Source: Dethiobacter sp.
GTDB lineage: Bacteria > Bacillota > Dethiobacteria > DTU022 > UBA8154
Length of the DNA: 64,000 bases
Assembly (NCBI GenBank): GCA_003605065.1
Contig: QZJM01000004.1
Span: 4,863 to 68,862, forward strand
Reading direction: 5' to 3'
The notes beneath the pieces were generated by a model. It saw only the letters and a list, made by a program, of their open reading frames with translations. It had not been told where the DNA came from and did not search any database. A program made the position numbers and the translations under genes. Numbering within the stretch: the stretch's first letter is position 1; each line of letters opens with the position of its first letter. This document shows, piece after piece, positions 1 through 9,209 of the stretch.

Positions 1-1
1 A

Positions 2-397
2 ATCGCGCAGGCAGCATTTGAAGCGGCTGTTGCTTATTCCAAGACCCGCGTTCAGTTTGGCCGCCCCATCTGCAAAAACCAGGGCATACAGTTTATGCTG
101 GCAGATATGGCTACTCAAATAGAAGCGGCCAGACTCCTCGTTTACCAGGCATCCTGGCTTAAAGATAAGTTTTATAAAGATGGGACCCCCTTTACCAAGA
201 AGGCAGCCTTTGCAAAAGTATTTGCAAGCGATGTGGCCATGAAAGTAACAACCGATGCAGTACAAATATTCGGGGGCTATGGATACACCAGGGAGTTCCT
301 GGTAGAAAAATATATGAGAGATGCTAAAATAATGCAGATATTTGAAGGCAGCAATCAGATTCAACGAATTGTAATTGCCGCTCAGATACTGGCTTGA
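2..397 (+). CDS. Acyl-CoA dehydrogenase, C-terminal part (5' end outside the window)
   Basis: Open frame from position 2 reads [23 protein letters not shown]...QFMLADMA...[10 protein letters not shown]...[17 protein letters not shown], the typical ACAD C-terminal motifs. Confidence 0.93.
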   Translation: MAQAAFEAAVAYSKTRVQFGRPICKNQGIQFMLADMATQIEAARLLVYQASWLKDKFYKDGTPFTKKAAFAKVFASDVAMKVTTDAVQIFGGYGYTREFLVEKYMRDAKIMQIFEGSNQIQRIVIAAQILA

Positions 398-466
398 TAA
401 CGGTATTGAGAATTTGAATTGTGTAATTATCATTTTGATTGAAGGATACAAAGGAGGTGGCTTAAG

Positions 467-1348
467 GTGTATTTGAATAATTTTGAATATTTTGCTCCGG
501 AAACGCCTGGTGAAGCACTGGATTTGGTTGCCCGCATGGGGAATAAGGCCAAAGTGCTGGCCGGTGGAACAGACTTATTGATTATGATGAAAGAAAAAAT
601 GATCCAGCCGGAATATTTGATCGACATAAATAATGTAAAAGAATTTAAAGGTATTTCCTATGAGCCAGGTAAAGGGGCCGTCATCGGTGCTGCCACAAAA
701 ATTTCCGAGGTTGAGCATTCTCCAGTAATTCGGGATAAGTATTTTGCTCTTCATCAGGCGGCGGGAGAGTTGGGCTCAGCTCAGGTAAGAGCGATGGCCA
801 CTATTGGGGGCAACAGCTGCCATGCTTCACCGGCCGCTGAGACTCCCACACCCCTGGTTGCCTTCGGTGCAAAGATTGTAATCAGCAGCGTTTCGGGGGA
901 CAGGGAACTGCCGCTGGAAGAATTCATTTTGGGTAACCGGAAAAACGCCCTTGCGGAAGGCGAATTACTTACACAATTTATCCTGCCGGAACCTGCTCCA
1001 AAATCCGCCAGTCGTTATTGGTACATCGGCCTCAGGGACGCCATGGAAATTGATGCGGTGAATATGGCTGTCAACATGGTGCTGGAGAATGATGGCCGGA
1101 CGGTTAAAGATCTCAGGCTCGTGATGGGATCTGTTTCTCCAAGGCCCTTGGTATCGGTAGAAGTCCCTGGCATCCTGGTGGGAAAAGAGTTTAACAGTGA
1201 ATTGGTAGAGAAAGCGGCACAGGCAGCAGCAGGCGAAGCCAAACCCATTTCTGATATACGGGCCTCGGCTGAATATCGTCGTGAAGTTACAGCAGTGCTA
1301 GCCCGCAGACTGCTTCAACAGGCGTTTGACGCCGCGAGGGAGGTGTAA
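467..1348 (+). CDS. Xanthine dehydrogenase-family molybdoenzyme, FAD-binding (medium) subunit
   Basis: LAGGTDL and ATIGGN FAD motifs, C-terminal PISDIRASAEYRR; SD AAGGAGGT before the GTG start. Confidence 0.92.
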   Translation: MYLNNFEYFAPETPGEALDLVARMGNKAKVLAGGTDLLIMMKEKMIQPEYLIDINNVKEFKGISYEPGKGAVIGAATKISEVEHSPVIRDKYFALHQAAGELGSAQVRAMATIGGNSCHASPAAETPTPLVAFGAKIVISSVSGDRELPLEEFILGNRKNALAEGELLTQFILPEPAPKSASRYWYIGLRDAMEIDAVNMAVNMVLENDGRTVKDLRLVMGSVSPRPLVSVEVPGILVGKEFNSELVEKAAQAAAGEAKPISDIRASAEYRREVTAVLARRLLQQAFDAAREV

Positions 1349-1351
1349 TTG

Positions 1352-1837
1352 ATGAAACAACTTATTGAATTAACCATAAATAACCGCGTCTATGAAGTGC
1401 CTGTCAGCCCAAAAGATTTGCTTGCTGACGTTATCAGGGATAAAGTTGGGCTTACCGGAACAAAGAAGGGCTGTGGACAGGGAGACTGTGGCGCCTGTAC
1501 CGTGTTAATTGATGGTAATCCGGTACTCTCCTGTTTAACTTTGGCCATTGCCTGCCAGGGCAGAAAAATTACCACTATTGAGGGTCTCGTAGCTGAAGAT
1601 GGTCAGCTTCATCCAATTCAACAGGCTTATGTGGATCATGGAGCTGTACAGTGCGGTTTTTGCACTCCGGGAATGATCCTTACATCCAAAGCACTGCTGG
1701 ACAGAAATCCCAAACCCAGTGAGGAAGAAATTAAGCGCGGTATCTCGGGTAACATTTGCCGCTGCACCGGTTATAAGAAAATCGTTGAAGCAATTTTTGC
1801 TGCTGGCGAAACAATTTCCACAGAGGGGGTGAAGTAG
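1352..1837 (+). CDS. Xanthine dehydrogenase-family molybdoenzyme, 2x[2Fe-2S] (small) subunit
   Basis: GCGQGDCGACTV, QCGFCTPG and CRCTGY motifs. Confidence 0.95.
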   Translation: MKQLIELTINNRVYEVPVSPKDLLADVIRDKVGLTGTKKGCGQGDCGACTVLIDGNPVLSCLTLAIACQGRKITTIEGLVAEDGQLHPIQQAYVDHGAVQCGFCTPGMILTSKALLDRNPKPSEEEIKRGISGNICRCTGYKKIVEAIFAAGETISTEGVK

Positions 1838-4168
1838 ATGAATAAAGATTTTACCCAGGTAGGAAGAAGTGTGCCCCGTAAAGACGGCCCTTTAAAGGTC
1901 AAAGGTGAAGCTATTTATACCGGTGATATGGTACTGCCGCGCATGGCGTACGGAAAGATCAAGCGTAGTCCGTACGCCCACGCCATCATTAAAAAGATTG
2001 ATTACAGCAAGGCTCTGGAGATGCCGGGGGTACTGGCAGTGGTCACCGGAGATGAAGCTCCAAAAAAATGGGGAATTGTACCTCAGACAGCTAACGAGGT
2101 GGCCCTGGCTGTGGGCAAAGTTCGCTTTTACAATGAAGGGGTGGCCGCTGTTGCCGCCATTGATGAAGAAACTGCCGAGGCTGCCCTTGACTTGATTGAA
2201 GTGGAATACGAGCCCCTGCCGGTGTTAACTGACCCGTTTGAATCCATGAAGCGGGCAAATGAAGTTTGTATACATGAAGATGCTCCGGATAATATACTGC
2301 ATGCAGGTGATCAGCTGTTCGGAGACCCGGACAAGGCCTTTGCCGAGTGTACTTACGTATTAGAAAGAGAATTCCATACTTCATACGTAAACCACGCTTT
2401 TTTGGAGCCGCATACCTCTCTGGCCAGTTACGATACACAAAGCGGTCAACTTCAGTTGTGGTCGAGCACTCAGGTGCCCCACTACCTGCACACCCAGCTC
2501 TCCATCGTTTTAGAAATGCCTATGAGCAAGATCCGTGTTACTGTTCCGGCAGTAGGAGGCGGTTTCGGCGGCAAGGGTGAGGCCAGCCCGGCTGATTTTT
2601 GCGCAGCCCTGCTCTCCAGGAAAATTGGCAGGCCGGTCAGAGTAGCTTTTGAGCGCAGTGAAGTATTTGCAACGAATAAGGGCCGGCACCCTTGCCACAT
2701 GAAAATGAAAATCGGCCTCGACAAGGATGGTTATATTCAAGCTGTAGATTTTGACAATACTTTGGATGGTGGCGCTTATGCAGGCTGGGGGATCGTGGTA
2801 ATGTTTTACACAGCTTCCATGATTCACCTGCCCTACAAGGTTCCTAACGCCCGCGCCAATGTAAGACGCGTTTATACTAACAAGCCCACCTGCGGTGCCA
2901 TGCGCGGCCTAGGCGGGGTCCAGCCCAGGTATGCCATGGAGTGCATGCTGGACGAGATGGCCGAAATGATCGGTATCAGCCCTTACGAACTCAAAATGAA
3001 AAACGCTGTAGAATCAGGTTATCGCAGCGTGAGCAATCTCCACGTTCCGCATACCGAGTACAGGAAATGTCTGCAGACTGCAGCTGAAAGATCCGGTTAC
3101 CTTGAAAAACACGGTAAGCTGCCTTTCGGCAAAGGCATCGGATTGGCAGGCGGTTATTATATTTCCGGCACAGCCTATACCCTTTACCAGTCTTATAAGC
3201 CGCATACCACGGTACTGATCCGGGTGGATACGGAAGGAGGGGCGACCGTTCACTGCGCCGCTGCCGATATCGGCCAGGGGTGCAATACTGTCATGGCCCA
3301 GATGGCTGCCGAGGCGTTGGGAATCAGGTATGAAGATGTGCATGTTGTATCGGGTGATACGGAACTGGGAACTTTTGATTTGGGTAGTTTTGCCAGCCGG
3401 TTAACATACGCCTCCGGGGTGGCAATCAAGGATGCAGCAAAGCAGATAAATGACAAGCTTTTCGAAGTTGCCGCAGGTATGGTGGGCTGTCGGGCCGACC
3501 AGTTAGAAGTAAAAGATTGCCGCTTCTATTCCAAGTTTGAACCGAAAAAAACCATTGAATGGGCAAAAGTAGTTGATGTATATACCAATTCTGTTGGGAC
3601 ACTGACTGGTCTCGGTCACTTCTCTCCTCCACGACTCAAAGGAATTGATCTCACCCGCGGCAAGAGAGTGCAGGGGGCGAATATCGGTCATTCTCCAACA
3701 TTTGGCTTTAGCTGTCAAATATGGGAAGTAGATGTTGATCTGGAAACCGGTAAAATCCGGGTAGATAAGGTAACCGAAGCCGGGGACTGTGGTCAGGCCG
3801 TCAACCCCATGAGTGTGGACGGACAGGTGGAAGGTTCCATTCTTTTTGCTATGGGGCAGGCACTTTATGAAGAAATGAAGGTGGCCCCTGATGGAAAGAT
3901 TATCAACGCATCACTTCATGATTACAAGGTACCTACTGCCATGGAGCTTCCGGAAATAGATACTACCATAGTAGATAGTTACGATCCCACAGCTCCTTTT
4001 GGTGTTAAGGAATCGGGCGAAGGCCCCGTGCAGCCGACTATTCCTGCGATAACTAACGCTATCTACGATGCCATCGGGGTGAGGTTTACGGATCTGCCCA
4101 TTACTCCGGAAAAAGTGCTAAAAGCATTAAAGGAAAAACAGGAAAACCAAAAGTCTGAAGGAAGATAA
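1838..4168 (+). CDS. Molybdopterin-binding (large) subunit, 4-hydroxybenzoyl-CoA reductase alpha (HcrA)-like
   Basis: STQVPHY, GGGFGGK, TNKPTCGAMRG, DIGQG, FASR, GQVEG and KESGEG motifs; the CO dehydrogenase VAYxCSFR motif is absent. Confidence 0.8.
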   Translation: MNKDFTQVGRSVPRKDGPLKVKGEAIYTGDMVLPRMAYGKIKRSPYAHAIIKKIDYSKALEMPGVLAVVTGDEAPKKWGIVPQTANEVALAVGKVRFYNEGVAAVAAIDEETAEAALDLIEVEYEPLPVLTDPFESMKRANEVCIHEDAPDNILHAGDQLFGDPDKAFAECTYVLEREFHTSYVNHAFLEPHTSLASYDTQSGQLQLWSSTQVPHYLHTQLSIVLEMPMSKIRVTVPAVGGGFGGKGEASPADFCAALLSRKIGRPVRVAFERSEVFATNKGRHPCHMKMKIGLDKDGYIQAVDFDNTLDGGAYAGWGIVVMFYTASMIHLPYKVPNARANVRRVYTNKPTCGAMRGLGGVQPRYAMECMLDEMAEMIGISPYELKMKNAVESGYRSVSNLHVPHTEYRKCLQTAAERSGYLEKHGKLPFGKGIGLAGGYYISGTAYTLYQSYKPHTTVLIRVDTEGGATVHCAAADIGQGCNTVMAQMAAEALGIRYEDVHVVSGDTELGTFDLGSFASRLTYASGVAIKDAAKQINDKLFEVAAGMVGCRADQLEVKDCRFYSKFEPKKTIEWAKVVDVYTNSVGTLTGLGHFSPPRLKGIDLTRGKRVQGANIGHSPTFGFSCQIWEVDVDLETGKIRVDKVTEAGDCGQAVNPMSVDGQVEGSILFAMGQALYEEMKVAPDGKIINASLHDYKVPTAMELPEIDTTIVDSYDPTAPFGVKESGEGPVQPTIPAITNAIYDAIGVRFTDLPITPEKVLKALKEKQENQKSEGR

Positions 4169-4208
4169 CTATTATCATAAGACATCGAACCAACAACAAA
4201 GGAGGTTT

Positions 4209-5816
4209 ATGTTTATGGAGACAATTCGTTCCAGCACAATTGATGCAGCATTTCGACAGGTAGTGGATCAACAACCGGAAAAAACAGCTTTAGTATTTAG
4301 AGGAGAGAAAACCACCTTTTCTGAACTGGATATAATGGTGGAAAAAACTGCCGAGTATCTTTTCAGCAAAGGACTAAAAAAACAAGAAAGGGCTATTATT
4401 TATCTGCCCCACATGCCGCAGTGGCTTGCGATCTGGTTGGCCATGCAGCGTATTGGTGCGGTAGCTATTCCGGTAACTCATTTTTATGGGCACGAAGAAC
4501 TTGCCTATATAGCAAAAGACAGCGGGGCTGGGACCGTATTTTGTACAGACGCAAACCTTGAGCAGGTCATTAAAGCTGCTGCCGATAATCCCTTAAAAAG
4601 GATAATTGTTGTGGGAGAAAACTTTACACCGGAGTCAGTGCAGAACATCGATAAAAATACCACAGAAATAATATCATTTACTGGCATGATCAATGAAAAA
4701 ACCCCTTCACTACCCCCAATACAGATTGAAGAGAAGGAAATAGCGGAGATACTTTATACGGGAGGAACTACAGGTTTTCCGAAGGGAGTTCCACTCTCTA
4801 ACATTCTTTTATTAACGGCAATGGATGTAAAAAGAACAGAATATGTTTCTCTGACCCCTGCAGGTGAGGGAGTTGCTATCCAGGGGGCGCCCCTTAATCA
4901 TATCCTCGGTCAGGAAGTGGGGGTTGGCGCTCTTCTTTCAGGGGATACCTTAATCCTGTTGGCCAAATTGGATCTCGATGATTTATTTGCTCATATCGAA
5001 AAGTACAGAGTAACCACTTTCTACGGGACGCCTACACTCTGCAGAATGATATTAGAGCATGAAAATTTGGGAAATTATGATTTCAGCTCTTTAGGTTATG
5101 TCTTTACCGCTGGCGAAGCTTTGCCTAAAGAAGTCGCCAGAAAATGGGTCGAATTCTTTAAAAAGCCGATTTATAATGGATATGGAAGTACTGAAACATG
5201 TGGGGGTATTACAGGAATACCTGTGGGCGTTCCATTTCCTGAAGGTACTGCCGGAAAAGTAGTATACACTAAAAAAATAAAGCTAATTAATCCGGATACT
5301 CTTGAGCCTGTTTCAGCCAATGAGCCGGGAGAACTTCTGGTTTTTTCTGAAAACATGGTTACCGGTTACTGGAACAAGCCTGAAGAAACTGCCTTGCATT
5401 TTGTAACACTTGATGACAGGCTCTGGTATAAAACCGGCGATATAGTGCGCATAGACGAAGAAGGCTGGGTCTTCTTCGTCGACCGTTCCGTAGATCTGAT
5501 CAAGCATAAAGGTTACAGAGTAGCCGCCACTAAAGTTGAATCAGTACTCTACAAGCATAAAGCCGTAGTTGAATGCTGTGTAGTAGGAGTTCCCGACTCC
5601 AAATTTGGTGAAACAATCAAAGGATTTGTTGTCTTAAAAAAAGGCGAAGAAAACGTTACAGATGAGGAACTGATAAACTGGTGCCGTGAAAGTCTTTCTT
5701 CGTATGAAGTTCCCGTTCTGATAGAATTTCGCGATACTTTACCCAAATCAGCTGTAGGGAAAATTCTGAGGAGAAAAGTAAGAGATGAGGAGCGGGCAAA
5801 ACAGGATACAGCCTAA
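4209..5816 (+). CDS. AMP-forming acyl/aryl-CoA ligase
   Basis: YTGGTTGFPKG P-loop, GYGSTE, YKTGD and LPKSAVGKILR. Confidence 0.92.
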   Translation: MFMETIRSSTIDAAFRQVVDQQPEKTALVFRGEKTTFSELDIMVEKTAEYLFSKGLKKQERAIIYLPHMPQWLAIWLAMQRIGAVAIPVTHFYGHEELAYIAKDSGAGTVFCTDANLEQVIKAAADNPLKRIIVVGENFTPESVQNIDKNTTEIISFTGMINEKTPSLPPIQIEEKEIAEILYTGGTTGFPKGVPLSNILLLTAMDVKRTEYVSLTPAGEGVAIQGAPLNHILGQEVGVGALLSGDTLILLAKLDLDDLFAHIEKYRVTTFYGTPTLCRMILEHENLGNYDFSSLGYVFTAGEALPKEVARKWVEFFKKPIYNGYGSTETCGGITGIPVGVPFPEGTAGKVVYTKKIKLINPDTLEPVSANEPGELLVFSENMVTGYWNKPEETALHFVTLDDRLWYKTGDIVRIDEEGWVFFVDRSVDLIKHKGYRVAATKVESVLYKHKAVVECCVVGVPDSKFGETIKGFVVLKKGEENVTDEELINWCRESLSSYEVPVLIEFRDTLPKSAVGKILRRKVRDEERAKQDTA

Positions 5817-5894
5817 GGAGAAAAGAAAGCCGCTTCAGAATCCTAATGAATTTAGATCCTATTATTTGCAGAAAGGCAGTTTGGGGTGACCTAT

Positions 5895-6107
5895 ATGGCA
5901 GAAATGAAAAGAGTAGGTTATAAAGTCATTGGAACTGTAAAAGAAATAAAAGGCTCATGCAGCGCCGGGCATAGTGTAGGGGACCAGGTCGAATTAAGTA
6001 TGCACAAAACCGGAGGTTTATGCGGGGCATTGTACAATAGCATTTTCCCATATGTAGTTATGCTGCAGATGGGGGGCAGTTTTCCAAAAGAATGGGGAGA
6101 CCAGGAA
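5895..6107 (+). pseudogene. Small Cys-containing protein (TIGR04076-like), 3'-truncated at the IS66 junction
   Basis: KVIGTVKEIKGSCSAGHSVGD...LCGALYNSIFP...GGSFP-W pattern. The usual C-terminal CPD segment is missing and the frame runs into transposase sequence. Confidence 0.6.
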
Positions 6108-7120
6108 TCTTCCTTGCTCCAAGAGCTGTCCTTTATTAGCCGAAAAAGACGCCGAATTTGAGAGAGTGTATGCTGAGCTTGAACAGTATAAGGAGAAATA
6201 TGCCTTTCTTGCCTTGGAGCATGAAAAGCTTAAGAAGAAATATCGTCGTACAAAAGGCGCTGCTAATACCTACCAGCATATGCTGTTTGGCCGGTCCCCG
6301 GAGAAAAGCAGCCCTGAAGAAGCTGTTCCGGAAAAAACGGAAACCGGTGCTGCCGATACAGACACTACTCCCAAAACCGGCCGCAAGCGCGGTGCTAAGC
6401 CGGGGCACAAAGGCCACGGGCGCAAAATACCTGAGAACCTGCCGGTAGTATACCGGACCATAGAGGTCCCGGAAGAGAACCGTTTTTGTTCCATCTGCGG
6501 CCAGGAATGTGAGGTGGTACCCCTTACGGAAAACTCCAGCGAAATTGATGTTGAGATAAAAATGTGCCAGGTAGTAACTGTCCGCCAGCGGGTAAAACGC
6601 ACCTGTGACTGTGAAGAGGCCGGACCCCGGTTTATAACGGCGCCAAAGCCGCCTAAGGCCATACCCAAAAGCAAGTTCAGCCACAACCTTTTAGCCCTGT
6701 TTATCGTCCTTAAATTTATGTTCCCGGTCCCCGTAAACCGGATTTTGGACCTTTTAGGTCTGCAGGGCGAGACCATCTCTGCCGGCTCTGTAAGCGGCGC
6801 TTTTCGAAAATGTCTGGAGCTTTTCGAGCCGCTTTACCAGGCGCTGGCCGAAGAAAGCAGGCGTGAAAAGCGCTGGAACGCGATGAAACAAGCTGGATGA
6901 GCTTTATCCAGCTCCCCGGCAAAAAGAACTATCTTACCTGGATGTGGGTCTTCGTCTCCCAAAAGGTCATTTTGTATATCTGGGACCCTTCCCGTTCCAG
7001 CAGTGTCCCTTTAGCTCACTTGGGCCATCTGGCAAAGGGGGTTTTAACCGCTGACCGCTACGGTGCGTACAAGAAGCTGGTCAGCATGGTCCCGGGCCTT
7101 ACTATCGCCTTTTGCCGGGT
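6108..7120 (+). mobile_element. IS66-family transposase (TnpC) remnant, frameshifted and truncated
   Basis: LFGRSPEK, KRGAKPGHKGHGR, CxxCG zinc finger, a broken DET motif at the ~6885 frameshift, then WMWVF, SRS and LTADRYGAY; ends at FCRV (the CWAH position). Confidence 0.85.
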
Positions 7121-7214
7121 CTTTCTTTACCCATTACAAAAAGATTTTAGAGAACTGCTTTTAAAAGAACCGGAAGACTGCTCAGATTGAATTAAATACC
7201 TGGTTCACTGAATA

Positions 7215-7809
7215 TATACTCAAAATGAGGTAAAAGACTATTTTGAGGAGTTGGAGCAAAGCAAAGAATGGGAAAACATCCACAAACAGACCTCACCTGA
7301 AAATGCAGAAGTAGCCAAGGCCGGCGAGGATCTAGGGGTTCATCAAACTCTTGAAAAAGGCCATGGACGAATCGAAAAACGAACCTATTTTTACTCCACA
7401 GACCTTGATTGGATGATGGATGCCAAACGCGATTGGGAAAAGCTCACGGGAATCGGAAAGGTCGTCCGGGAAGTGGAATATATCGCAGAGCCAACCAGAA
7501 GAACAACTTATCGGCAGCGTGAACAACGTCAACGATTTTGCTACCGCAGCCCGGCATCATTGGGGCGTGGAGAGCATGCATTGGAGTCTGGACGTCACGT
7601 TTGGGGATGACCGAAATCAGGCTAGGGAATCGGTGTCGGCCCACAATATGGCGATTGTAAAACGACTGGTTTTCAACACTCTTAAAAACGAAAAGAAAAT
7701 CCAGCCAAAAATGAGCAAACCAAACAAGCGGATAGCGGCAACGGATCCCGAGTATCGGGATGTTTTGATTAATTTAAATTTCAAAGAATGCTAAAGTATT
7801 TCTACCCTG
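7215..7809 (+). mobile_element. ISAs1-family transposase C-terminal remnant, frameshifted, with probable right end
   Basis: EKGHGRIEKR and RHHWGVESMHWSLDVTFGDD motifs in two frames; CCCTG terminus at 7805-7809. Confidence 0.85.
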
Positions 7810-8088
7810 AATAGGGGAGAAACTCCGTATACATAGAGAGGGTTCGCTTCAGATAAAATAGCCCATCGTTCTAAGAGCAATCTCGAAAACGATATGCTTA
7901 TTTTGTCATGCCAGAGTAGCAATGCACCACGGTCCAGTGTGTTAAGGGGAGCGTAGTCTTGACGCAGAAGCCTCACACTCCCAGAGGCAAAATTACACGT
8001 TACAGTGAAAATGGATTACTGCGAATGGGACCACGATTTGGAAGAAAATGGGTTCATGAATTATCTCTGCTATTGATATGGTTTTTAA

Positions 8089-8117
8089 TTGACAAGCCCT
8101 TTTTCTTGTGATACAGT
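8089..8117 (+). promoter_or_regulatory. Sigma-A promoter of the cold-shock gene
   Basis: TTGACA-17 nt-TACAGT with an extended -10 TG. Confidence 0.7.
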
Positions 8118-8171
8118 ACCTTCTGTGAGTCCCAACCTCACAGATTTAATTTTTAGGAGGTATGCGATTTT

Positions 8172-8369
8172 ATGTTGGGTAAAGTAAAGTGGTTTAATAA
8201 GGAAAAAGGTTATGGATTCATTGAAAGAGCGGATGGAGATGATGTCTTCGTCCACTACTCTGCCATTCAGGAAGAAGGTTTTAAGAGTCTGGCTGAAGGG
8301 GAAGAAGTAGAGTTTGATATTGTAGAAGGAAGCAGGGGACCTCAGGCAGCTAATGTTGTCAAGGTGTAG
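8172..8369 (+). CDS. Cold-shock protein (CspA family)
   Basis: [24 protein letters not shown] and GPQAANV; SD AGGAGGT. Confidence 0.97.
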   Translation: MLGKVKWFNKEKGYGFIERADGDDVFVHYSAIQEEGFKSLAEGEEVEFDIVEGSRGPQAANVVKV

Positions 8370-8427
8370 TTGCGAGGTGCGGGATACATTGGAAAAATAA
8401 ACTGAGTAGTACCTAACCTCGGGTAGT

Positions 8428-8460
8428 AAGGGGGACAATTATATGTCCCCCTTTTATTTT
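8428..8460 (+). terminator. Intrinsic terminator after csp
   Basis: AAGGGGGACA-attata-TGTCCCCCTT followed by a T-rich tail. Confidence 0.75.
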
Positions 8461-8484
8461 TAAAAATACTAATTTTGTTGATAT

Positions 8485-8512
8485 GAAGGATTTTCCTATT
8501 CAATAGGGAATA
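8485..8512 (+). promoter_or_regulatory. Sigma-H-type promoter of hpf
   Basis: GAAGGA-17 nt-GAAT; B. subtilis hpf (yvyD) has a sigma-H promoter. Confidence 0.55.
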
Positions 8513-8560
8513 TTATAATGTTAAGCGGTATAGATAAGAAGTGGAAAGGAGCAATTTTTA

Positions 8561-9100
8561 ATGCTGATTAATATCCGGGGCAAAAACATGGAGATCACTC
8601 CTGCGCTGCAGGAATATGCTGAAAAAAGATTAAGCAAGCTGGATAAATTTCTTAACCCTGAAGCTGATGTTCAGGCCACCTTGAGTGTGGTAAGGGAAAA
8701 CCATATTGTAGATGTTATTATTTCCATTGGTGGTTTACTGTTAAGAGGAGAAGAATCAACTCAGGACATGTATGCTTCTATTGATCTGGTTGTTGACAAG
8801 CTTGAACGCCAGATGCACAAATATAAAACGAAGATTAACCGCAAACTGCGGCAAAAAGGACTCAGAGAATTAAATGAAAAATATGTCAGCCAGGCGCTGG
8901 CGCGGGATGAAGAAATAGAACCACGTGTCGTGAAAACGAAACGTTTTGTTATGAAACCCATGCCACTGGAAGAAGCTGTTTTGCAGTTAAACCTTCTTGG
9001 CCACGACTTTTTTGTTTTTACCAATGCAGAAACCGAAGAAATTAATGTTCTATACAAACGCAAGGATGGTAATTACGGACTTATTGAACCCATGGAATAA
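8561..9100 (+). CDS. hpf: Ribosome hibernation promoting factor (long HPF)
   Basis: IRGKNMEITPALQEYAEKRL, DMYASIDLVVDKLERQ and the C-terminal LGHDFFVF...YKRKDGNYGLI. Confidence 0.96.
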   Translation: MLINIRGKNMEITPALQEYAEKRLSKLDKFLNPEADVQATLSVVRENHIVDVIISIGGLLLRGEESTQDMYASIDLVVDKLERQMHKYKTKINRKLRQKGLRELNEKYVSQALARDEEIEPRVVKTKRFVMKPMPLEEAVLQLNLLGHDFFVFTNAETEEINVLYKRKDGNYGLIEPME

Positions 9101-9162
9101 GCGGGATGATTTTAAAGTTATTTCCGGGCTATCCCGGTTGCTTACAATTTTAAAAGCCCTGT

Positions 9163-9184
9163 AAACCGGCGAAAGCCGGTTTTC
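9163..9184 (+). terminator. GAAA-tetraloop hairpin, possible terminator after hpf
   Basis: AAACCGGC-GAAA-GCCGGTTTT. Confidence 0.45.
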
Positions 9185-9209
9185 CACTGTTGAAGGGAAG
9201 TGAGCACTT

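Noticed and set aside
1838-4168. Aerobic-type CO dehydrogenase (coxMSL gene order)
   Set aside because: The large subunit lacks VAYxCSFR and AYRGAGR; its motifs and context fit HcrA-like enzymes.
7900-8080. Possible IS200/IS605 end or small ORF (MDYCEWDHDL...)
   Set aside because: No recognisable tnpB motif or SD; too weak to call.
9160-9190. GTAAACC...GAAA hairpin as a second c-di-GMP riboswitch
   Set aside because: The GCAAAG junction and P3 are missing; it is a simple hairpin.
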